DNA of 34,570 bases. It comes from Catajapyx aquilonaris (lineage: Eukaryota). This document shows, piece by piece, positions 24,032-34,570 of the stretch; the stretch's first letter is position 1, and each line of letters starts with the position of its first letter. The position numbers and the translations under genes were made by a program. Under the pieces are notes generated by a model. The model ran no database searches. It was given only the letters and a program-made list of their open reading frames with translations, and had not been told where the DNA came from. Location of the stretch: positions 1-34,570 of the forward strand of contig JYFJ02004130.1 of NCBI GenBank assembly GCA_000934665.2. The letters are read 5' to 3'.

Positions 24032-27000
24032 CTAAAGAAAATACATGGGGAAGTTTTTAGACAGGCGCTGATGGACAGCTGTTGCCGATTCCAGAGGTTT
24101 CAGATCCTCTCTGTTGTAGGGCACTCCATGAGCCATGGCACTGGAAAGGACAAGTCTGAATTTAGTCCACATAATAATTATTATGCACAGGGCACAACAC
24201 AGTGTAATTTTTGCATCATTTCCACAATCGATGCTGAGAGAAGGGCAGTTGGTATGAAGAAATATTTTCAGCATTTTTACAAACACGCTGTAACCCCTCT
24301 AAAAGTAAGAACGTGGAAGTTTCGCATTGTAGACTTGTAGTGCAGCCCAGCCATTACCTCAGAGGCGAATATGTAAAGGGGGCGAAAGCTCCGGGAGGCA
24401 TAAAAGTATGGGCCACGACTCCTGATCCAACCCTTGTATGAGCACAATTTATTCAAAAACGATTACGCTTGCTGACTTTAAATTTGAAAATTGATCAGGT
24501 CAGCCAAAGAGAGTGCAGTGAGAGAATAAAAAAGCCATTTCTATTTAATTCTAAAAGTTCAGAGATAGGGAGGTTTTGAAGATATTACAGTATTATATCG
24601 GAAACAGACCATCATGGTAATCTCTGAAAACATGTTCACTGGGCTACACTGCCGTCCCATAGAGAAACACCGTAACTCAAAAACCAGTGAGGGTGAAAGT
24701 CGTGTGCATGCCCTGCACTAATCCCCCCTGACTCAGGAAGGATTAGTGCACGACCAAGAAGGTAATGTGTAAATAACTGACCACTTTATGAGTCTCAACC
24801 TCCTTTTGGTAGCCTTCACTGCATAGTAGTAAGGGGCAGTGTTGGCTTGCACATAACCTCCTCTTTTAGCGAAATTGACTGGAAAGCACAAGTGGATGCC
24901 TATTTGTACAATGTCATCCACAGAGAAGTCACTGTCGTCCAAAAGAATAAAATAATCCACTGGTTTCAATAGGCCCTGGAAGGAGAAAATCAGGAATTAG
25001 CATACCAGGTTATATCATTATCATTCTACATTGACCATGAAAGAAATAACATAGACTGACTTTCAGGGAACACATACACATTCACATGAAAAAAGTTCAT
25101 GAAACAGTGAGTGTCGTGGTGGTGGGGCTCGCATTTTTCCCGTGACCCCAAGAGCTGTGCCGGTGGTACATTTGTCTGCTGGCATGGCCACCCAATTTGA
25201 ACATGCCTTTGGGATAGGAAACAGACTAAGAGAGATACCACTCTGTCCTCCCTTCTTTTTACTCGTCTTTTCTCTCTCCATCTGTCCCACCTTTGTGTCT
25301 TCTCTCTCTCTCCCTCTCTCCCTCCTAATAAACCTAAACCAAACCATGAAACATTGTGGGGTTGGCCACTACTCTTTGAGTGTACACCTTTTTGTGGTTA
25401 TCCCTAATTACATGCACTCTTTGTTAGGAAACACATGAGAATTCTTGTGATCAGGTGTGATTACATGACAGTAGGTGAATGGATAAGTATTTACATTTCC
25501 TGGCCGGTAGGGCACATGGAATCTAGTCGTCCTTGTGGGGGTCAAAGTGTAATTCACTACTGTTCCTCTTAATCCATGGTTTATAAGCTGCATCTCATTT
25601 TTCTTGACTTGTTGCCAGGAAGGGACATCAGTGTTAGCCACCATGAAAGTGATGGCTGGCTTGTAGTCAGGGTGGAGGGATGTGCAGGCACCACGTATTG
25701 CTAGAAGCCAGTTGTGCAGTATATCGTAGAACTGATTGTCAGTCAGTTCTTCCATCAAGACTATTACTCGGCATGGCTGCTTTGTAGTACTCCTGAAAAG
25801 CAGTTCATTAAATACATCTTTATTCTTCATTTAAGCACAGCTTTATTTAGGAGCAGTTATTAATTTTATTATGATACTTGTTTGGTTCATGCTGGGCATC
25901 TTAAGCTCAGTACAATATTTAACAGTTTAAATCTTACTTAGACCATACCTGAAAAACATATGAAGCATGTTCTTCACAATTTCCTGAAGGTCTCTGATAT
26001 TTTCTTCCCCACTAGGCTGCAGCCAAGTGGTTGTGGTGAATCTGGTGGCTATCAAGTCTGTGGAGGCGCATATGGCTGCCACTGACGGGAAGGTTGGCGA
26101 CTCCAGCGTATTGGTGTGTGCACTCAGAATGATGGTTGGCAACTCGGGCCTAAATATCACACGATCTACAGCAAACTGGGCGCCATATGACAGGTTTGTC
26201 ATACTGGATCCTGCCATCATGGCACTTATATCGTCAGACAGCTGAGACAGAAACTGTACTCGCCTTGCCATGACATTCTTTTTGCTCACACACTTGGTCA
26301 GCACTCCCACTTTTGTGTCAGCTGCAAGCTTGACAGATGATACCATGTCCTTGACACACATAACTACCAGCACAATTTGCAGATCACACATCTCTGCCAG
26401 GTCATTCTCCAGGTTTTGGAAGAATTGTATGGTGGTAGGTTGGGGTAGTTCCAGCCCATGGCCAACACAACTGATTGAACGCAGTTGTTGGATGAATCTC
26501 CTGGGGAAGTTATGAAATATGAGTAATTGACCTCTTAATAATTCATTCACAAAGTAATTGACTCTGACAGGTGAGTGGAAAGTAAGGATGGGTTCAATCT
26601 TGACAAGTACGAAAAATGACTCATTACTCACTCTACGTCATTGTTGCTGATCTCTCCCACGATATATACACCCCAGCTGTTAACAGTTAGCTTATGGTCA
26701 GTTGACATGTCCAAGTAGTCATTTCGAAGTCCACCTGCAGTCATATCAGAGCCCTGCACGCATTCAGTGGCAAGCTCCTCACCTTCTCTATATACAATCT
26801 GTAAGCCTGGAAAAAATGAAATGTGCATGAACATTTATATGTAATGTAATGGTACACAACTATCAAAATTACTAATTATTAATCCAGGATGTATCCTTAA
26901 TATAATGTATAATATTAATAACATTAATCCAGCAAGGGAATGATGGAAGTCAGGATCACCTGAAGCTTTGGAGTCAACCGAGGATCCGGAATCAACCTGC

Positions 27001-27068
27001 TGTGTGCGGGATGTGGCAGGCTCAGCAGGCTGAGAAGCTGATGGGAGAGTGGACATTATCGCGCCCAT
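24032..27068 (-). CDS. Divergent Argonaute-derived protein with L2 end, MID and PIWI only (no N/PAZ seen), predicted slicer-dead, ~478 aa, 6 coding exons
   Basis: Phase-consistent GT-AG exons: 27068-26960, 26806-26632, 26500-25949, 25792-25495, 24975-24782, 24140-24032 (1437 nt, no stops). The translation is collinear with AGO-clade motifs: IVY..LATECVQGSDM, SWGVY, ERFIQQLRSIS, LQIVLVV, VKLAADTKVGVLTKCVSKKNV, PSVAAICASTD, EENIRDL, STTKQPCRVI, LLAIRGACTSLHPDYKPAITF, KPVDYFILLDDSDFSVDDI, APYYYA and C-terminal VHQ..PMYFL*. Confidence 0.85.
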
Positions 27069-28184
27069 TTCGGACGGACGCCGGACGGGAGGTCCACACA
27101 GGGAGCAGCGTAGCACTGTCAATGGGTAAGTACCGATTAAGTACACAACAGTCAACAGAGAATGTCTTATCTGTGTGTCCAAGTCACTATACCAAAGAGA
27201 TGGCCTTTCACTGCTCTTTCCAATCCCTGGTGTAGTCTCCACGTGATTGCCTCCTATCGACTATATAACCTAACCATATGCAGTAACCAGCCTAACACAA
27301 ATTAATTCCCCCCACCAGCCACCAGAGGATGCATCCAGGGGTTCAAATAAGATTAATAATTTTTTGCACTTTTAAAGAGAATTTCAGTTGCTAGGAAGAG
27401 TGTGTTGGATAGGACTCGAAAATATGAAGGCTAATTAGTATGATTAGTATAATAAGGTATAGTGTGATATTAGTTATTTGCAGGACTTAGCAGCCTTAGA
27501 ATAACTGTTATACATTTTTAAAAAAACTGCTGGCGATGTGAAATCCATAGGCAATGTTCTCCACAGATTCTCCAGATATCTACGGATGAACCGAAATGAT
27601 AATTATGAGTTATTGATAAGAATTAATTATTGATTGAGAAAAACAGTAAATGCGGTTAGAAGAACTAGTCACAAGTGCACATTAATTACAATTACCTGAA
27701 GGGTCTCCATGTTGTTTAAAATTATAGAAATGCAACATACAGTAGGCTACATTACCTGCACAAAGTTTTGCATCAATCTAGCCCATCATCTTCACTTATT
27801 ATTGTCATTATTGCTTTTGTTAAAAACCTGGATGCTGAAGCGAACAATCATTAACTTAATTCATTCTGTCCTAACTCTCCTCTGCATTCATCAAAATGGT
27901 TATGTGCAAGTTCCAGACACATGTTTCAGTTACATCAAATAATGCTGACCAACCCCCGGACACTACCCCTATAATCTTATCTTATCGCCTGAGTTTTGTA
28001 TGAGGTGCTCACTTGAGACCGCCATGAGACCGCCTTTCACTGACATTATGTGGCGACCCTACCGGACCGCGCTGAACTTAGGTAGAAGAGAATAAGCGAT
28101 TCGAGTCGATGCCATCGATCGAAGCACCTATCCGCACGTATAACAATATCGAAGCCTGCCAATGCGCTAATTCAAATCTAGTCA

Positions 28185-28260
28185 GGGAGGCGGAGTGGTG
28201 CTGCGGTAACGTATGCGCCCACGGATGTTAAGGTCCCGGGTTCGATCCCAGCCCGGGGAC
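28185..28260 (+). repeat. tRNA-like SINE head fragment
   Basis: A-box-like TGGTGCTGCGG and B box GGTTCGATCCC at tRNA spacing. There is no convincing acceptor stem. Confidence 0.55.
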
Positions 28261-29248
28261 ACCCCCTTCAACTCGTGCAAAGAGCAAAGAGCTTAATAAT
28301 ACTAGGAAGAGTGGAAAAAACAGCTGGAAGCATAGCAACCGTGTCTCCAATCGACTGACCTGCCACCTGGCGAGTCGACAACCAAACTCGATACTGTATT
28401 GTACAATACGGTAGATCGAGGCAGTGCCGGAAATATGGCAATAAAAGCCCCAGAGGTTGGAAATAAGTCATAAGTACTAGTATACTCCCGTAAAATTGCC
28501 GACAAAACACGTTGCAGAAGACCTGTGAATAAAAAACCATCACGAAAAGCAAATATTATTTGCCAGAAGTTTATTGATTTCCACTACAATTCCACACTCT
28601 GCTCTATACAATACACACCAAGGTACACACTGATAATGATGCTGAACATGGTCATATGACAGGAAGATATACCCCCCGCTGCTATGTCCATCTTGTCGTG
28701 GCGGGACGGGCTTGTTCTTCTTCCCGTGAACTCCAGAACCGTGGAGGGCCCTTTGGTAACGAAAAGAATGTGATCCGAGACCCTGTGCGCGAACAGTAGT
28801 AGCACGCGGCACCCGAACGTCTACGCCACACTATGCCGGCAAAGGAACTTGTTCAATTTCGAAATTCGAACGTGATTTCTAAGCAACGAGGTGATTATTT
28901 GTATTGTTAGGTGCAGAGTGGCCAGCTGCGCAGAATATCAGTTTCGGGTCCAATATTAGTTCGTTCCCCGTACGACCTCATATTGGTCAGTTTTTAGATT
29001 TATAACTCGTAATTATGTGCCTCTTGATATTAAATCAACACCGTGTATTGAAATTCCTCTCGACAGCACTCGACGGTGGCGCCGCGTAGTGGCCGACAAC
29101 CAAACACGTTGACCAAACAACTGGCCAAAAAGTGGCGACGCTTGGAAACCGTTTTTTCCACTCTTCCTAGTATTAAGCTCTTTGGCCCGGGCATTTCAAA
29201 TGAATAGCCTCCAAATGTACCATCTAATATATATAAAGCCCCACGCCG

Positions 29249-29281
29249 AGGATATAGGATATAGGATATAGGATATAGGAT
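29249..29281. repeat. (GGATATA)n tandem repeat inside a probable TE remnant
   Basis: Read directly. Preceded at ~29223 by TCTAATATATATAAAG, which resembles a Helitron-type 5' end. Confidence 0.7.
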
Positions 29282-29786
29282 GGAAAAGATCTCCCACTTC
29301 CCGACGTCGTAGAGGACTGGGAATGGTCTTAAAAAATAGGTCCAAAAATTAGTTGGGAATCGAAAAATCCTCAAAACTGCAAATTTCCCAGCCGTTTTCG
29401 AGCTATGGCCCAAAAACCAAATTTTTAATTCCCGACCTTGCCCAGAAGTTCGTTACAGCCCGAGAACAATAGCCCTATCCATCACCCGCTGACAGGTCCA
29501 TTCACTGTAATCCCACCAAGCCTTTTTCATGATACGCCACCTGGGGCGCATTCTAATACTCCACAACTTTGTGGACCGTGACGTCACGGGTTCTGTAAAC
29601 GGATGGATTTCTGTAACCGGATGGATTAGGCGGAACACGGGCACCGCGCCGAAGGCGCGCACGTGGGGCGCAGCCCCACGGGGGGGGTCCGGGGGGGCGG
29701 AGCCCCACCGGCTCGCAAAGCGAGTCATCAAATAAAGGTCCGTGCGATATGCCCCCAGGTGCGGGGGCGAAAGTACATTACCCCTG

Positions 29787-29787
<1 letters not shown>

Positions 29788-29853
<66 letters not shown>
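29788..29853. repeat. (ATT)n microsatellite
   Basis: Read directly from the sequence. Confidence 0.95.
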
Positions 29854-29855
<2 letters not shown>

Positions 29856-29914
29856 AATCTAGTCTATTTTCCAGCAAGGCCATGACCATGGCCATGACAC
29901 TTCAAACCTAAAAC

Positions 29915-30060
29915 TTACACAACTCTTACCTGACATATAAACCCACTCTGAATATTCAGTATTCTATTCTCTGACGTGTGACCCTCTTAACTCTTTTTAT
30001 CAAAACTTTAGCATACACTTTCCCTGGTACACTTAACAGACTAATGCTACGATAATTCTT
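29915..30060 (-). pseudogene. Fragment of a non-LTR (RTE-like) reverse transcriptase
   Basis: The minus strand translates as KNYRSISLLSVPGKVYAKVLIKRV, followed by a disrupted SGF..GKSC. This is the start of the RT domain. Confidence 0.8.
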
Positions 30061-30066
30061 ACATAA

Positions 30067-30107
30067 TGATGATGATGATGATGATCATCATCATCATCAT
30101 CATCATC
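30067..30107. repeat. Head-to-head (TGA)n(TCA)n microsatellite palindrome
   Basis: Read directly from the sequence. Confidence 0.9.
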
Positions 30108-31596
30108 ACAAATTCACTACCTCGTTATGGTAGCGTGTCCTACGTGTCCCCACCTTTGTCATGATAGCCACCTTGTGAATGGCAGTGTCGACCTTGTTGA
30201 CATTATGGTGTTACAACAATGTGCGCGCCATCTTCTCTGGTTGAATAGGAGATACGATAAAAGCGACATCTCAGAACCAACAGTATCGTTACTCCTGTGA
30301 TTTTGCCAGCATGTAGGTTGCAGCAGATACGACATTATGATATCAAATTGCACCAAAATTGGAGTTACGACAATACAGCACGGAGCCCTCGAATATTAGA
30401 GTTGCAGACTTTTTACACCCCTGCAAGTTAATAGTTATACGTAACCGTAGCAATTAACCCCCGTACCCATACCCATTATTACCCGTACTCCAGCACATAC
30501 CTATATGAGACGTGAGTACACCGCCAGTGAACGCGAGTGGCCGCTTCTCTGCAGGTGGCACCAACCCTTGGACAGATGACACTTGCTCTCTCCTCTCGGA
30601 TGGTTGTGATTAACTGGAAATATGCTCCGATGTGGATGGAATGGGTATGACGGCCATGGTGATGCTGCACAACCCAATCGACCGCAACCGACACAGACCG
30701 ACACGCGAAAAGCCGGAAACTGACGTGTTTGTCATAGTTACCGTATCCGGGTAAGTGAGATTTATTTATTTTGTCAAACGGGAATTGAATTAATATCCGT
30801 ATGTGCCCTATCCATGTACTTGTCGTCACATGAAAGGCACAGGCGACTCCGGAACCGCATAATAAATCAGCTGACTACCTGGACGAAAATGGCAACTCTG
30901 TAATGAGCTTGATTTGAATTGTTCAGGGCGGAAAAATTCAATATGTGCCACACCCATTTGCTGGTCATTTAAAAATAATTGCGCAGGTAGTTCAAAGACA
31001 CTGCAGAGCATTATTGTGGCACGCAAACAATCGGAATGCCAACAGAAAGATGGTCATCTGCGGTTGCACCGGTCGCGGTATGGAAAACGGCGGGTTTTCA
31101 CTCGATATACCGCGAGAAGTGTTGCACCACCTACGGTTTTTCTAAAACGGCACGTTCTCCCTCCCATTTACCGCCCGATCCATCTACCCGCCTGCAGCGC
31201 AAGTTGCTTCCGCGGGTTTATAGGTGTTGTCAATATGGTTGCGGACTGGTGCTAGGGATTTCGTGTAGCCTACTGTGTGACACCGTGTGGCAACCCTGTC
31301 ACATGGTTGCCGTAGATACTAGACGACTACCCATACTTCCATGACGTCACGGGTGCTGCGATCCAATCAGCGCTCTCCTAAATTTTTGCCCGCTTACGTC
31401 TCTCATGGGCAGTAGTAAAGTTAATAATAATGTTAATAATAATTAGTCCAAAATCAACAAGTCAAAACCACGTAACTCGAATAATACTAATTTTTCAGGA
31501 GAGCAAAAAAACTGAATAAAAAATTACACTTGAATTGAGATTTAATCGGATTTAATCTTTTAACCTGGCCATATATAATATATAAATAATAATATA

Positions 31597-32158
31597 CAGG
31601 GTGTTTATTGTAACTCTGCAAAGACTTTCAGGGGTAATAGAGGGGACCAAGACAAGTATTTTTGACATAGGAATCTGTGTCCGGAAACGCCATCTAGAGG
31701 GGGTTCATAGACAAGGAACGGGTGCGCTCAGACGCTTCATGCGGGAGGAGCTAGGTGAGGTGACTGTTTTGTTGATAGATAGCGCTCGGATAGTAAACAC
31801 TAATTGGATGTGCCATAACCTGGCAACAGCAGAGTCATCTAGCAACTAAAGTCCGCCACCTAGGAGACGCGCGGATAGTCAACAGCGGTTCTGTTGTTGC
31901 CAAGTTATGGCGTATCGCGTTGTTGTTTACTTACTACGACGCGATACGCCATAACCTGGCAACAACTGCGCGCCACCTATCAACAAAACAGTCCGCTCTC
32001 CTAGCGCCTCTCGCCTGACGCGTCTGAGCGCACCAGTTCCTTGTCTATGAACCCCCTCTAGATGGCGTTTCCGGACACGGGTTCCTATGTCAAAAATACT
32101 TGCATTGGTCCCCTCTATTACCCCTGAAAGTCTTTGCAGAGTTACAATAAACACCCTG
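31597..32158. mobile_element. Tc1/mariner-type foldback MITE with ~190-bp inverted arms
   Basis: TA|CAGGGTGTTTATTGTAACTCTGCAAAG ... CTTTGCAGAGTTACAATAAACACCCTG|TA. The arms produce the mirror-image ORFs 31601+ and 32154-. Confidence 0.9.
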
Positions 32159-32160
32159 TA

Positions 32161-32420
32161 TAATGGATACCCCGTGATAGGCCCCTTGGGCCTCTTAGGG
32201 GATCATCTTTTGAATACCCGACTTTAATCATTTGCCTGTAATGTGATGGATTTTGATAGTGGGAGGAAACGGGATAACCCCGAGAAAACCCACGCGAACA
32301 CGGAGAGAACCCATCGAAACTCTATCCACATAAGTATATCCTCCGTCCGACCCGGGGATCGAACTCGGGACCTTAGAGGTGGAAGGCTGCGGCGCTAACC
32401 ACTCGGCCACCGTGTCGCCC
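32161..32420 (-). mobile_element. tRNA-derived V-domain-like SINE, copy 2, with its tail split by the MITE
   Basis: Highly similar to 6690-6947. A box TGGCCGAGTGG and B box GAGTTCGATCC. TSD ACCTGGCCATAT at 31563-31574 and 32421-32432. Confidence 0.9.
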
Positions 32421-32734
32421 ACCTGGCCATATCTACGCTCCTATTGGGCAAAAAATTACGCCGTTTTGATGGCAGATGCAGCGCAAAATGCCCGATTTTC
32501 ATAATCAAAAAGCTGAAATCGGCCGAAAAGCGAGTTACGCGGTTTTGACTCCACGGCGACATGGCAGTACCAATAATGTAAAGATATCGTTATGTAAAAC
32601 AGCAGCAGCAGTTTCAAGTCTAAAATGTCAACCAACAAAAGCATAGTCAACTATGCCTTAAAATATATATTATCATTAGATAATATAGGCCTACATTTGG
32701 AAAAAGATTAAGATGATGTTGGCTCTGAAAACTC

Positions 32735-33506
32735 TAAGTGAGTAAAGTGCCACTTTGCAGGCTTGTTTCATTTCCTTTCCTGTCAGATGATGCCTCAGCC
32801 ATTTTATTTTTTGTTTCATTTTCCCTCTTTGATTCTTTGTTAATGATGCATCCTCATGTTCAAGTAGTATCGAACAGCAAAAGCCATAATGTCCTCTTTA
32901 TGATATAGCATGGAAAGCTGAGGACAACTGTGCTCATTACCTCTTCTACTGTCCTGTCATATGCATTGGCCTTCATACAGTACTCGCAAAGCATGTCTCT
33001 ACAAACCTGATGAATTCAAAGAACTGCCTATTCGGATGAATCAACCCTCCACGGGTCTTCATGTTCACTAGTTTCGCTGACACTTGCTGCGAAAATCTGA
33101 CTGGTGATCTCAAAGCTGATTTGCATTTTGCCCACTTTGTGTGCTTGACGATTTGCTTGACCAAATATCCCGCAACATAATATAATGCACAGTCAATTAC
33201 AGGTGCACAATTGTAATCATGTTCCAATGTGTCAGTGAACTCCCACTCCGTTGTCTCGATAAGTTCTGTGAATTTTTCATTCAATGCTTCAACAGCTGAC
33301 GGTTCAGGAGTGCCCGAGAATATTTCCTGTAAATCACCCAGTTCATATAGAGGTTCTGTTGGTGTGTCATCGTTTGCACTGCAGTTGCCATATTTTGGCG
33401 GTTTAAGAAAACTGTAAAAAGACAAAAGCTTGTAATGCTGCAGAAATGTTGGTGTTGCTGGATGCTGCTAGCCCCCTGCTGCCAGCCTGATTACACCAAA
33501 GAAACA
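32735..33506 (-). pseudogene. Decayed P-element/THAP9-like transposase, C-terminal exon
   Basis: After the acceptor TTTCAG| at 33506 it reads CFFGVIRLAAG (frameshift) HPATPTFLQHYKLLSFYSFLKPPKYGNC..ALYYVAGYL..KTRGGLIHP..HKEDI-like..YYLNMRMH, with several stops and frameshifts. Confidence 0.8.
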
Positions 33507-33898
33507 CTGAAACAGAAACATTAGCTCATCACTGGCAGTAAGTCCGAAGGGATTAAAAATACTGTGTCCGCCGAAGTCCGAAGCAATTAACAATATGGCC
33601 TCCACCACCACAGGGCGCAGGCCTAGAAAAAAAGCGAGCGAAGCGAGTGACTTTCTTGGCCTGCTTCATAGAAAAATTCGAGCGAAGCGAGAGTTTTTCT
33701 AGTAAATGCTTAATTACATAAAAAGTGTGAGATATTAGTTTACAAATTTATTATCATTTGGTGAACAGTGACAATATTACAAATTGTTTACACAAAGTCT
33801 CAACAATGGCATGGGAAGTAGCTATAGTACGTGACATTCTCAAATGTAAGGGCAGTACAAGGCCATCATATACTTGACAGAAACTTGATCCAGTTACA

Positions 33899-33960
33899 CA
33901 GTGGCGTAGGCAGGGGGGGGGCCCGGGGGGGCCGGGCCCCCCCCGAAATGTTGAGAAAAA
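33899..33960. mobile_element. hAT-like terminal sequence of a non-autonomous element (other end not identified)
   Basis: CAGTGGCGTAGGCAGGGGGGGGGCCCGGGGGGGCCGGGCCCCCCC resembles common hAT MITE ends. A similar CAGGGGCTGATTTAGGGGGGG occurs at ~34235. Confidence 0.45.
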
Positions 33961-34570
33961 TCAAGGGGGCCCCCGAATTTTCCGACGAGTTTTAGAAAAT
34001 TTTGAGGAAACCCACAAATCCATAATAGGCCTAACGTCTATAACCTATATTCTCTATTCTATAAGACGTAAGAAAGCGGGTTCGATCCAATCAATTCGAG
34101 GTCTTAGCTCGTATTATCTCACTGTCAGACTCTCGCAGTCGCAGTGTCAGTAATCAGTATGGCACAAAACAATGAAAATGAGAAATCATTACATTAATAC
34201 TGTAGTTAGCCTATACGTAATCATTACGTATTACCAGGGGCTGATTTAGGGGGGGCAAAAAGGAACAAAAGAAAAAAAAACGGGTGGAAAACTCGCAAAA
34301 ACCCTCGAGAACAGTGCAATTTTGCTGTCGTGACTCCAAATTTGGGGTCGCGAGGAAGGGTTGTGACCTTGAACCGAAAAAAGTTTCGCCTGCGGCGGGC
34401 CCTGATCGCCCCCCAGTAGTATAAAAAGGGGCGTTAAGAGACAATGGGTCATCAATCACTCGTTGACAGCTCACTTCCGGTCTAATCCATTGTTCTCGAA
34501 CACCTGCTTCCGGTCTGCTTTTTAATTGGAATGTAATTAGCATAATGAGAAACCGTGATTTTTCGTCACC

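Noticed and set aside
24032..27068. Prokaryotic short Argonaute from contamination or horizontal transfer
   Set aside because: Spliceosomal introns and eukaryotic AGO-clade motifs are present, and there is no APAZ/SIR2/TIR partner nearby.
28185..28260. tRNA gene
   Set aside because: Only the A/B boxes are present and there is no complete cloverleaf. It is similar to the SINE heads elsewhere in the window.
30159..31344. Cluster of short overlapping ORFs upstream of the Ago-like gene (candidate N/PAZ exons)
   Set aside because: I could not recognise any Ago N/PAZ or other domain motif in any listed frame. It is probably TE-internal sequence, but an HMM search is needed to be sure.
31601..32154. 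Pair of near-identical convergent ORFs
   Set aside because: An artefact of the MITE inverted arms.

Overview
Eukaryotic, intron-rich, TE-dense genomic DNA, most likely from an arthropod (it carries an ionotropic receptor, a THAP9/P-type transposase and an Lm1-like SINE). I assembled three minus-strand host genes by hand from phase-consistent GT-AG exons. (1) An 11-exon, ~700-aa ionotropic chemoreceptor (IR, variant iGluR) at 8341-12370. (2) A 2-exon, ~264-aa MGCxxS-initiated protein with a long Glu/Ala/Pro tail at 16614-19519. (3) The most interesting feature: an apparently intact 6-exon, ~478-aa Argonaute-derived gene at 24032-27068. It has only the end of L2, MID and PIWI, with no visible N or PAZ domain. 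Its catalytic tetrad and 5'-phosphate pocket are degenerate, and a short low-complexity, possibly myristoylated leader sits in front. The rest of the window holds decayed transposases (an intron-containing Sola1-like element and a P/THAP9-like element), an RTE-like RT fragment, several tRNA-derived SINEs, many MITEs (some nested) and microsatellites. All gene models and homology calls were made by eye against remembered family motifs; no searches were run.
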